Positions 7,445 through 16,155 of a stretch of DNA of 26,943 nt are shown in pieces; within the stretch, counting starts at the first letter, position 1; the number at the start of each line of letters is the position of its first letter. Location of the stretch: positions 1 to 26,943 of IMG/VR virus record IMGVR_UViG_3300022178_005848; one strand, 5' to 3'. A program made the translations under genes and the position numbers. The notes beneath the pieces were generated by a model. That model saw only the letters and a list, made by a program, of their open reading frames with translations. It was not told the DNA's origin and did no database searches. The DNA comes from a virus (lineage: Duplodnaviria; Caudoviricetes).

Positions 7445-8215
7445 ATGCTTAACGAAAAACAAATTCTTGCAAATTGGGAAGAATTCTGTTCAAATATTGA
7501 ACAATATGTAAGTTCTCCGCGAAAGGAATCGCTTCTTGAATTTTATAAAAAATATGAGGAACGAATTTCGATGATGCCTGCAGCCCATAAAAAAGAATAC
7601 CATAATTCATTTCCAGGAGGTTATGTAGATCACGTAAATCGTGTTGTTCGTTGCTCTCTTAAACAATCCAAATTGTGGGAAAGTGAAGGGGCAGATATGT
7701 CTACATTTACTATTGAAGAATTAGTATTTTCAGCCATAAATCACGACTTAGGTAAAATGGGTAATGAAGAATATGAATCTTACATCCCCCAGACAGATAA
7801 GTGGAGAAAAGATAAATTAGGAGAGGATTACATGTTCAATAAATCTGTTCCCTTTGCTTCAGTCCCAGATAGGGGTTTATTTATGCTACAATCTCATGGG
7901 GTCCCATATACTTTCAATGAAATGTTAGCTATCCAAACCCACGATGGGTTATATGATGTAGCTAATGAAAAATACCTTAAGGCATTTATGCCCGAGCAAA
8001 AACCACGTACAGCTTTACCCTTTATTCTCCATCAGGCGGATTTAATGGCCGCTCGTATTGAATTTGAGCGTGAATGGTTACCTAAATTTAAAAATTCCGT
8101 GCCCCCCGCTAAGGAAAATTTTACATTGACGAAAGACGTTAAGAAATCTACTAAAGATAAAGCCCTTTCAGAAATTAAGAGCGAAAGCCTTAGAAATTTA
8201 TTTGACAAATTATGA
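7445..8215 (+). CDS. HD-domain phosphohydrolase (YhaM-like HD region)
   Basis: PAA...YHNSFPGGYVDHV, HDLGK, HDG and LHQADLMA motifs. Confidence 0.85.
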   Translation: MLNEKQILANWEEFCSNIEQYVSSPRKESLLEFYKKYEERISMMPAAHKKEYHNSFPGGYVDHVNRVVRCSLKQSKLWESEGADMSTFTIEELVFSAINHDLGKMGNEEYESYIPQTDKWRKDKLGEDYMFNKSVPFASVPDRGLFMLQSHGVPYTFNEMLAIQTHDGLYDVANEKYLKAFMPEQKPRTALPFILHQADLMAARIEFEREWLPKFKNSVPPAKENFTLTKDVKKSTKDKALSEIKSESLRNLFDKL

Positions 8216-8493
8216 TATCAACAATAGTAATCAGTATATTAAGTGTTATGGTTGTAATCCTAGGATTTACAACCTTTAACCTTCTACGTAAAAATGAAAG
8301 GAGTGAAGATATTTTACTCTCCTTTCAAAAATATTTAGATCAGCTTAGTAGAATCATTGAATTTTCCGATGAAAAATTAAAGAAAATTGATGAGCGTGGA
8401 ATTTTTAAGAGTGATGATGAAATCGGCTTTATGTACGAACAAATCAAAGAACTTCAAAAAGTTCTATCTAACTTTAGGATGGACAAATTATGA
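8212..8493 (+). CDS. Single-pass membrane protein with coiled coil
   Basis: N-terminal hydrophobic helix (IVISILSVMVVILGFTTFNLL); ATGA overlaps on both sides. Confidence 0.75.
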   Translation: MISTIVISILSVMVVILGFTTFNLLRKNERSEDILLSFQKYLDQLSRIIEFSDEKLKKIDERGIFKSDDEIGFMYEQIKELQKVLSNFRMDKL

Positions 8494-9227
8494 GTACATT
8501 ACCCCCAAGAAAAAGGAAAAAAAAGACTAAAAATCAATATTTTACTCAAGAAACAGAAGATGCTATTGTTAGATACAATGGCTCTTCTGATCCCGAGGAA
8601 CGAAGTAATATATATCGGGATGGTATCCATTATGGTTTTTTTAAATTGACCGAGAATATTATCCATACATTTAAATTTTATTATACAGAAGTAGATAATA
8701 TTGAACATCTCCAACACGAAGTAATAACATTTTTGTTGAGTAAAATTCATTTATTTGATGCTACACGCGGGACAAAGGCATTTTCATACTTTGGGACGAT
8801 TGCGAAGCGGTATTTGATTATACAAAATACAAAAAACTATAAAAAACGAGTAGATAAAGCCCCAATTGAGGATTTACACCATAGTTTAAACCATTCATAT
8901 GATATAGATTATAATCCTATGGAAAAAGACAATGACTCTATTTTTATGGATAATTATATAGACTATTGTAATTCAGTATTGATTGAGTTATTTCCTAAGA
9001 TGAAAGATGCCCAGATTGCAGATGCTATTTTATCTATATTTGCTTCAAGAGAACATTTAGATGTTTTTAATAAAAAAGCACTTTACATTTACATAAGGGA
9101 AATGGTAGATGCTAAAACTCCTCAAATTACTAAAGTAGCTACAATATTAGGAGATATATATAAAGATAATTATATTTTCTATAAGCAAAATGGTTATACA
9201 AAATTTGAAGATAATTCATATTTATAA
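8490..9227 (+). CDS. Phage RNA polymerase sigma factor, T4 gp55-like (late)
   Basis: Basic N-terminus then YF; region-2-like KIHLFDATRGTKAFSYFGTIAKRYLI (compare gp55-type FD...NPFAYFTQI). Confidence 0.7.
   Translation: MSTLPPRKRKKKTKNQYFTQETEDAIVRYNGSSDPEERSNIYRDGIHYGFFKLTENIIHTFKFYYTEVDNIEHLQHEVITFLLSKIHLFDATRGTKAFSYFGTIAKRYLIIQNTKNYKKRVDKAPIEDLHHSLNHSYDIDYNPMEKDNDSIFMDNYIDYCNSVLIELFPKMKDAQIADAILSIFASREHLDVFNKKALYIYIREMVDAKTPQITKVATILGDIYKDNYIFYKQNGYTKFEDNSYL
9218..9225 (+). promoter_or_regulatory. ATATTTAT putative late promoter motif
   Basis: Overlaps the sigma gene end; ends 13 nt before ATG 9239, at the head of the structural gene run. Confidence 0.55.
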
Positions 9228-9238
9228 ACAAAATAAAT

Positions 9239-9583
9239 ATGGGTCAGCTCGATAAAAAAATCTTTGGTAAGAAAAAATTTTCCGACATATTGGAAGAAAT
9301 TTATCTAAATCAAAAGAAAAAGGAAGAACAAATTTCGACTCTCATATCAGAATTAAAACCTTTAATTCAAGATATTGGGGATGCTACTTTAATTGTTCCT
9401 TTACTTAAGGAATACCTTGAGATATCCGTTAAAAATGATGAACAGCTTATTAAAATGGCTACTATCATCCAACGTGCGGTAAGTCAGGAAGGGGGAGATG
9501 ATGGGAATTTTGGAATGACCGAAGATGAAAAATACCAGTTACTAGAAGAGGTAAAGAAATTTAAGGACGATAAAAAGAAGTAA
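9239..9583 (+). CDS. Helical hypothetical protein
   Basis: 114-aa alpha-helical ORF; TAATG coupling to the next gene. Confidence 0.75.
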   Translation: MGQLDKKIFGKKKFSDILEEIYLNQKKKEEQISTLISELKPLIQDIGDATLIVPLLKEYLEISVKNDEQLIKMATIIQRAVSQEGGDDGNFGMTEDEKYQLLEEVKKFKDDKKK

Positions 9584-10758
9584 TGCCTAACTTTCAATAT
9601 GGCATAGCAGGCCTTTCTCAGGGGGCCCTAAGTAGATACAGTGATACGGTAGATCCCGTAGAAAAATTAATTTTTTCTAGTAGGGTAAAAGATATTATAT
9701 TAGATGAATCTAACCCTTTATTTGAACAATATGGGGAATGGGCCTCTATAGGAGTTGTTTTAATTGAAGATGTTACCCAACCCACTAATACTAATTCTGT
9801 TTTAGCTGCTTATCCTTTATTCCCCAACATTAAGCAATATCCTTTATTAAATGAAGTAGTTGTAGTTATATCTTTACCCTCTACGGGATTAGAAACCAAC
9901 ACTACTTCAAATCGTTTATATTATTTCCCCCCTATAAACATTTGGGGTAGTCAACACCATAATGCTATACCGGGATTTTCCAATTTAGCTCCATCCCAAC
10001 AGAAAGATTACGAACAAACTTCTGCAGGAAGTGTTAGAAGAGTAACAGATGGTGGCACCGAAATTAATTTAGGGAAAGGATTTGTCGAGCAATTTGACAT
10101 AAATCCTCTCCAACCCTATATAGGTGATTACATATTAGAAGGGAGGTTTGGAAATTCTATAAGGTTTGGTGGATATGAGGGTAAGGATCCTGTTATAAAA
10201 ATTCGGAATGGGCAGGGTCCTATTACTAACGAAGGATGGACAACGGTTGATGAGAATATAAATGAAGATAAAGCTTCTATTTATTTATCTACTAGTCAAC
10301 AGATTCCAATACAACCGAACACCTACAATTATAATTCATACAATGTTGTCCCCGAGTCTACTTCGGAATATTCAAACCCTCAAGTATTAATTAATTCAGG
10401 TAGACTAGTATTTAATGCCAATTCTGATAGTGTCTTAATTAGCTCAGCTAAATCTATAGGATTAAATTCTCAAGATTCTGTTAACATAGATAGTCAAAAT
10501 GTTTTTGTTGTAAATTCTCCTAGTATACTTTTGGGAGATAAAGATGCTACAGAACCCTTATTAAAAGGGGATGTTACTATAGAATTGCTTTCTGAATTGG
10601 TAGGTGAAATGAGGAAATGGATGACCCAATTTAATGCTAACCCTTCTCCATATTTAGCTTATTTAAAGGCTTCATCAACTCCCCTAATTGGTACTTTAGT
10701 TAAATTAAAGGCAGATTTAGAAACTAAAACTAAATCTAAAGTAAGCAAAACTATCTAA
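9583..10758 (+). CDS. Baseplate central spike/hub protein (gp5/gpV-like)
   Basis: OB-fold-like YPLLNEVVVVI, GDYILEGRFGNSIRFG, beta-repeat region (SVLISSAKSIGLNSQDSVNIDS) and ILLGDKDATEPLLKGD; located upstream of gp25- and gp6-like genes. Confidence 0.65.
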   Translation: MPNFQYGIAGLSQGALSRYSDTVDPVEKLIFSSRVKDIILDESNPLFEQYGEWASIGVVLIEDVTQPTNTNSVLAAYPLFPNIKQYPLLNEVVVVISLPSTGLETNTTSNRLYYFPPINIWGSQHHNAIPGFSNLAPSQQKDYEQTSAGSVRRVTDGGTEINLGKGFVEQFDINPLQPYIGDYILEGRFGNSIRFGGYEGKDPVIKIRNGQGPITNEGWTTVDENINEDKASIYLSTSQQIPIQPNTYNYNSYNVVPESTSEYSNPQVLINSGRLVFNANSDSVLISSAKSIGLNSQDSVNIDSQNVFVVNSPSILLGDKDATEPLLKGDVTIELLSELVGEMRKWMTQFNANPSPYLAYLKASSTPLIGTLVKLKADLETKTKSKVSKTI

Positions 10759-11660
10759 TGGCTAAGATTGAAGAAAATACCATTACTAACGCTACTCCTG
10801 TAGAATCTAAAGAGCAAGGATTAGCAGTATTAGGAACTATAGTTACTAATCAAGCAATGACTTTTGCTGAAAGGATGATTCCTACCTTAGAGAGAAAGAT
10901 TAAAGATGAAGTTAAAAGGCAAGCTACAGCACAAGCTACATCATTAGCACAACAACAACTCTCAGAAGTTACAGATAAATGCCCCCCTGAAGTGGAAAAA
11001 TTAATAAAGATTAGAAATAATATAGTAGAGCAAGCAGATTCTATAGTAAAAACTATAGATAAGATATCTACTACAATAACTAAAGCTTCTACAGGAATTA
11101 ATATCCTTGTAGGCATAATAAAAGGTTTAAAAATAGCAAAAACAGCTGTTTCAGCAGGCTCTAAATTTGCTGCTGTGGTTCCGGGGTTTGTAGCCTCTGG
11201 GATAAGCGATTTGGATGATGCAGTTACTAAGAAAACATTTGATATAGAAGGAAACTCTAAAATTACACCTATAGCGGACGCTATAAATGGGATTGCAGTT
11301 CCTATAGCTTTAATTAGTTTCTACATATCTAAATTTTTATCATTAATATCAATATTGGATGCTTTAGTAGGAGATTGTAGTGCCAATTTGGTTCTCTCCC
11401 CTATATCCGAGGATTTAATAATAATAGCAGAGACCCAGGATCAGGCAGAACAATCACCAAATTCATCCCTTTATCAGGGATTTATTCTAGAAACAGAAAT
11501 AGTCCCTTATTCCCCTACAGTAGATAGAAGGAGAGCAATTGGTAAAAATCAAAGTGGAATTATAATGATTCAAACAGAACTCTCATTTACCCCCATAGAT
11601 CAGGTAATGATAAACGAATTAAAATTTATTATCGACAGAGATAATTTAAGAGCTAATTAA
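10758..11660 (+). CDS. Hypothetical baseplate-associated protein with long helices and hydrophobic segments
   Basis: Coiled-coil region, hydrophobic stretches (INILVGIIKGL; IAVPIALISFYISKFLSLISILDALV) and small beta C-terminal domain; coupled to the spike gene. Confidence 0.65.
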   Translation: MAKIEENTITNATPVESKEQGLAVLGTIVTNQAMTFAERMIPTLERKIKDEVKRQATAQATSLAQQQLSEVTDKCPPEVEKLIKIRNNIVEQADSIVKTIDKISTTITKASTGINILVGIIKGLKIAKTAVSAGSKFAAVVPGFVASGISDLDDAVTKKTFDIEGNSKITPIADAINGIAVPIALISFYISKFLSLISILDALVGDCSANLVLSPISEDLIIIAETQDQAEQSPNSSLYQGFILETEIVPYSPTVDRRRAIGKNQSGIIMIQTELSFTPIDQVMINELKFIIDRDNLRAN

Positions 11661-11664
11661 GTAA

Positions 11665-11672
11665 ATATTTAT
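11665..11672 (+). promoter_or_regulatory. ATATTTAT putative late promoter motif
   Basis: Sits in a 17-nt intergenic gap; ends 5 nt before ATG 11678. Confidence 0.55.
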
Positions 11673-11677
11673 AAACA

Positions 11678-12004
11678 ATGAAATCACAAGCATTAAAATC
11701 TTTAATTAAGGAGGCCGTTAAAGAAGCCATCCAAGAAGAACTAAAAGAAGTATTATTAGAGGCTGTAAGGGCTCCTAAACAAACCGTAATGGAAACCCCT
11801 ACATATTCACCTACAATTTCATCACCTCAACCCGTAACAGAGGATAGAAAAGCAAAATATCGAAATATTTTAGGAGAAACTGCTCAACAATTTTCTTCCC
11901 AACATGTTCAACAGTTTAACCCTCAAGGAGCAATGCCGGGGGGTGATTTACCAAATGGAGAATTAGGGATGGACCAAATTATGGGTCTAATGAATAGTAA
12001 GTAA
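11678..12004 (+). CDS. Hypothetical protein with N-terminal (L/I/V)xE-rich helix
   Basis: MKSQALKSLIKEAVKEAIQEELKEVLLEAV followed by a low-complexity P/Q/T tail. Confidence 0.7.
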   Translation: MKSQALKSLIKEAVKEAIQEELKEVLLEAVRAPKQTVMETPTYSPTISSPQPVTEDRKAKYRNILGETAQQFSSQHVQQFNPQGAMPGGDLPNGELGMDQIMGLMNSK

Positions 12005-12429
12005 TGGCTATAAAAGTTGGAAATATACCTGCGTTTGATCAACATCCCTCTATAGGGATAGGATTATCTGTGCCTTTCCAATCAACTGCTACTTCAGGGT
12101 CAGATTCAGTATTTAATATAAATTATACTACCGCCGAACAAATTAAATATAATATTATTAATTATTTTTTAACTAGTAAAGGAGAAAGGGTATTTAATCC
12201 CACATTAGGTAGTAATATAAGGGGATATGTATTTGAACCTAATGATCCCTCTACTCTTGAAATTTTAAAAAAAAATATTGAGAATGATATAACCTTAATT
12301 TTTCCTATGGTAAAATTGCAAGAAATTAAAACATTCTCAGACCCCGAATATTACAATATTACAGTTCAAATCTTTTACTCAGTATTTTCGAGTCTAAATG
12401 AATTTGTAGAATTTAACATGCCCCTATAA
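12004..12429 (+). CDS. Baseplate wedge protein, gp25/GPW-like
   Basis: IGLSVPF and LTSKGERVFNPTLGSNI signature; 141 aa. Confidence 0.88.
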   Translation: MAIKVGNIPAFDQHPSIGIGLSVPFQSTATSGSDSVFNINYTTAEQIKYNIINYFLTSKGERVFNPTLGSNIRGYVFEPNDPSTLEILKKNIENDITLIFPMVKLQEIKTFSDPEYYNITVQIFYSVFSSLNEFVEFNMPL

Positions 12430-14345
12430 TGCCATATCCTTTAACAACTAATAATAACGGAGTCAATAGAAATATTGAATATATTAATAGGGATTTCTCC
12501 GAAATGAGATCAAATCTTATATCTTTTGCTAAGACTTATTTTCCTACTACTGTCACTGATTTTAGTGCTGCTTCTCCGGGAATGATGTTTATCGAAATGG
12601 CTTCTTACGTGGGGGATGTTATGGCTTTCTACACGGATAATCAGATTCAAGAAAATTTTGTTCAGTATGCTAAACAGATAAATAATTTATACGATTTATC
12701 TTATATGATGGGTTATAAGCCATCAGTAACTAGTGCTGCTACAACAGAATTAGACATTTTTCAAACTTTACCTGCCATATATAATACTAATACCGGAGAA
12801 TATGTGCCCGATTTTAGATATGCTTTAATTATAAATGAAAACTCATCTGTTACAGGTACATCGGGAGTTCCCTTTTTATTACAGAATAGAGTAGATTTTA
12901 GCCAATCTAGTTCTCTAGACCCTACTACCGTATCAGTGTATGAAATATCAGGAACCAATCCAATTTCTTTTCTTCTTAAAAAGAATGCACAAGCTATTTC
13001 AGCCACTATTAATAGTACTAATATTTCAATTGGTGATCCCGAACAATTTAATACTTTTAATGTTACAACACAGCAACCTTTAGGAATACTAGATGTTTTA
13101 GATAGTGATGGGAATGAATGGGTTGAAGTGGATTATTTAGCTCAAGAAACCGTATTTGAGTCTATTAAAAATACTAATCCTTACCCTAATGACCCTAATA
13201 CTGAAGAAGATTCTGCTGAGGTGGGGTATCTTTTAAGATTAAAGAAGGTTCCTAGGAGATTTGTTTCTAGATTTGTTAGTAGTAACAATTTAAATAGTGG
13301 TTCTGCTACATTACAATTACAATTTGGTGCGGGAACTGTTAATGATTACGATGAACAGATTATCCCCAATCCCAATAATGTAGGAATAGGACTTCCTTAT
13401 GGTCAAGATAGATTAACAACTGCCTATGCTCCTACTAATTTTATTTTCGATAAAACTTATGGTGTAGCTCCTTCAAATACTACTTTAACAGTAAGATATT
13501 TAACCGGGGGAGGGGTTGCTGCTAATATACCTGCTAATACTTTAAATAGCATTGGTAATACTTCTACCGTTTTATTTTCTACAGATAACCTAGATCCCAC
13601 TTTAGCCCAAACTACGTTTAATTCTCTAACAACTAATAACCCTAACCCTGCAACAGGAGGGGGGGATGGGGATTCTGTTGAGGATTTAAGACTCAACTCC
13701 CTAGCAAGCTATGCTTCCCAGCTTAGAAATGTAACTCAAGAAGATTATTTGGTAAGAGCCTATAGTCTCCCATCTCAGTATGGGTCTATAGCTAAAATAT
13801 ACACCGAATCACCTAAACTTGAAAATACCCTCCCAGGGGAAAGCAATTCTATATTAGATTTATATGTTTTAGCTTATAATGATAGTAAGCAATTGGTAAA
13901 TGCTACTAAAGCCCTAAAACAAAATCTATCTACCTATTTATCCCAATATAGGATAATAAACGATTCCGTTCGAATTAAAGATGCCTTTATTATTAATATA
14001 GGTGTTGATTTTGAAATTGTAGTACTTCCTAACTTTAATAGTAACCAAGTTCTTTCTGCATGTTTTTCTCAGTTAATATCCTATTTTAAAGTGGATAACA
14101 TGCAAATTAATCAACCTATTCTTATAAATGAACTTTATTTACTTCTTAACTCAGTTGAAGGGGTTCAAAATGTAAAAAATGTTAGTTTTAATAATAAAGT
14201 AGGTGAAAGTTTAGGGTATTCTAAATATGCATATGCTATAGAAGGGGCTACCCAAAATGGGGTGGTATATCCTTCCCAAGATCCCTCTATTTTTGAAGTT
14301 AAGTTTCCTAACACCGATATAAAAGGTAGAGTAGTACCCCTATAA
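12429..14345 (+). CDS. Baseplate wedge protein, T4 gp6/baseplate J-like
   Basis: YINRDFSEMRSNL, TDFSAASPGMMFIEMASYVGD, LQFGAG, YLTGGG, GGGDGDSVEDLR and RNVTQEDY motifs; follows the gp25-like gene. Confidence 0.85.
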   Translation: MPYPLTTNNNGVNRNIEYINRDFSEMRSNLISFAKTYFPTTVTDFSAASPGMMFIEMASYVGDVMAFYTDNQIQENFVQYAKQINNLYDLSYMMGYKPSVTSAATTELDIFQTLPAIYNTNTGEYVPDFRYALIINENSSVTGTSGVPFLLQNRVDFSQSSSLDPTTVSVYEISGTNPISFLLKKNAQAISATINSTNISIGDPEQFNTFNVTTQQPLGILDVLDSDGNEWVEVDYLAQETVFESIKNTNPYPNDPNTEEDSAEVGYLLRLKKVPRRFVSRFVSSNNLNSGSATLQLQFGAGTVNDYDEQIIPNPNNVGIGLPYGQDRLTTAYAPTNFIFDKTYGVAPSNTTLTVRYLTGGGVAANIPANTLNSIGNTSTVLFSTDNLDPTLAQTTFNSLTTNNPNPATGGGDGDSVEDLRLNSLASYASQLRNVTQEDYLVRAYSLPSQYGSIAKIYTESPKLENTLPGESNSILDLYVLAYNDSKQLVNATKALKQNLSTYLSQYRIINDSVRIKDAFIINIGVDFEIVVLPNFNSNQVLSACFSQLISYFKVDNMQINQPILINELYLLLNSVEGVQNVKNVSFNNKVGESLGYSKYAYAIEGATQNGVVYPSQDPSIFEVKFPNTDIKGRVVPL

Positions 14346-14354
14346 AATATAATT

Positions 14355-14600
14355 ATGGCAATAGATCCTAGAAATTTCCACTTAATAAACTCTTTTAATA
14401 AAACTAGTTTAGACCTTGAAAATCCTAATCCTTTAGGAGGTCCTAATAGAACTAACTCAACTAATATTGAATCAGGACAGTATGCTAATATAAACTATAC
14501 TTCAGGAGGGTCTATTAATACTGTTACCTTGCAACAATGGACACCTAACAGAACCTATTTAGATAGTTTAAAAAGTGCAGAAATTAATAGAGAACGATAA
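14355..14600 (+). CDS. Small hypothetical protein
   Basis: 81-aa ORF filling the gap between baseplate genes. Confidence 0.6.
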   Translation: MAIDPRNFHLINSFNKTSLDLENPNPLGGPNRTNSTNIESGQYANINYTSGGSINTVTLQQWTPNRTYLDSLKSAEINRER

Positions 14601-14636
14601 ACTAGAATACCCAATACTATTAGAAAATAAAATAAT

Positions 14637-15773
14637 ATGGCTGTATACAAAATTTTTCCCGAAAAAGATGCTTCTATTTATTCTCAATTTCCCCTACTAA
14701 ACACAGGGGTAGATGAAATTCTAGATGTTTCTACTTTCTACAACTCTGCTAATGCTCAGGTGAGTAGGTTTTTAATACAATTTTCTCAAACAGAAATAAA
14801 TGATTTATTAGATACTAGAGTAGGAACGGCTTCATTTAAAGCTAATTTAAAAACTTATATAGCAGATATAACGGGTTTAAATTCTACTACTACTTTAGAA
14901 GTCTATCCTATATCAGGCTCATGGAATATGGGTACAGGCAGGTATTCTAATGTACCCCAAACTCAAAATGGGGTATGTTGGACTTCTAGATTAAGTGCTA
15001 ATGATGGAAATTGGCCTACTACTTTCCAAACCTATGCTACATCTTCATACCAACCTAATAACCCAGGAGGGGGTACCTGGTATACAGGGTCTGCACTAGG
15101 TTTAAATATTACTCAATCCCAAGAATTAAGTTATTCAAGTGATAAAGATTTAAATGTAGATGTAACTAATACCATTTTAACTTGGTATAGTGGGTCTAAT
15201 CCTTTAGGAGGATTTTTTTTCCCAAATGATGGGTTTGTAATAAAACAATCCGATGAAGATGAGTTCGTAGCCGATCGAAATTATGTTACTACAGTGAAGT
15301 ACTTTTCTATAGATACACATACTATATATCCACCACAACTCGAGGTCAAATGGGATGACTATGTGTTTAATACGGGATCTAACAGTAACGGTATAATAGA
15401 CACTTCTCGTATAGTAGCATCCTTAGATAATAATGCTGGAACCTATCGAAGAGGAAGTATTGAAAAATTTAGAGTAAATTGTAGACCCCAATTCCCACCA
15501 CGAGTTTTTCAAACTGCATCTATTTATACTAATAATAATTACCTCCCTACAGCTTCATATTATGCTGTAAAGGATTTGGATACTAATGAATTTATAATAG
15601 ACTTTGATACCACCTATACCAAAATAAGTGCGGATGATGAGAGTAGCTATTTTACTTTATACATGAATGGGTTAGAACCTGAGAGGTATTATCAAATTCT
15701 TGTTAAGACTGAGGTAGGGGGTGAGGTTTTAATTCTAGACGATAATTACTATTTTAAAGTTATAAATGGTTGA
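14637..15773 (+). CDS. Virion protein with DNRLRE/CBM96-like beta-sandwich and Ig-like C-terminal domain
   Basis: KDASIYSQFP..NTG, SRFLIQF, VYPISGSW, DVTNTILTW, NDGFVIK and PQLEVKW pattern. Confidence 0.55.
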   Translation: MAVYKIFPEKDASIYSQFPLLNTGVDEILDVSTFYNSANAQVSRFLIQFSQTEINDLLDTRVGTASFKANLKTYIADITGLNSTTTLEVYPISGSWNMGTGRYSNVPQTQNGVCWTSRLSANDGNWPTTFQTYATSSYQPNNPGGGTWYTGSALGLNITQSQELSYSSDKDLNVDVTNTILTWYSGSNPLGGFFFPNDGFVIKQSDEDEFVADRNYVTTVKYFSIDTHTIYPPQLEVKWDDYVFNTGSNSNGIIDTSRIVASLDNNAGTYRRGSIEKFRVNCRPQFPPRVFQTASIYTNNNYLPTASYYAVKDLDTNEFIIDFDTTYTKISADDESSYFTLYMNGLEPERYYQILVKTEVGGEVLILDDNYYFKVING

Positions 15774-16155
15774 TCATCCTATTACATATAACTCAGGAAG
15801 TGAATTAAAGTTAAATAAAAAACTTTATAACAAATCCGCTTACCTTAATACTATTGATACTCAATTTACTGAGTTAGTTCCTCCACCTCCTCCTGTAGTA
15901 GAGCCTGTTAGTGTTGATGAATTCTTTGTACTATACAATGATTTATTTTATGAGATACCTAAAGAAGGTGAAGTTAATTCCCATCAATATTTAATAAAAA
16001 CTAGTGTAGAATATGTGGGTTCCCAATCTACATCAAATGATATTCAAGCTTTGCTAAACGAAATTACAACATTAAGAGAAGAAAATCTAGTCTTACAGCA
16101 AAGTATAGCAGACCTAACCCTACCAACAAATGATAACACTAACGCCATTAGCTAA
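15766..16155 (+). CDS. Hypothetical structural protein with C-terminal coiled coil
   Basis: Poly-Pro hinge and IQALLNEITTLREENLVLQ heptads; overlaps both neighbours. Confidence 0.7.
   Translation: MVDHPITYNSGSELKLNKKLYNKSAYLNTIDTQFTELVPPPPPVVEPVSVDEFFVLYNDLFYEIPKEGEVNSHQYLIKTSVEYVGSQSTSNDIQALLNEITTLREENLVLQQSIADLTLPTNDNTNAIS

Noticed and set aside
8099-8130. Possible internal promoter GTGC-N17-TTTACATTGAC inside the HD gene
   Set aside because: Both elements deviate from the four better copies; too weak to call.
9239-9583. Possible small terminase subunit
   Set aside because: Only size and helical character support it; no large terminase nearby and no diagnostic motif.
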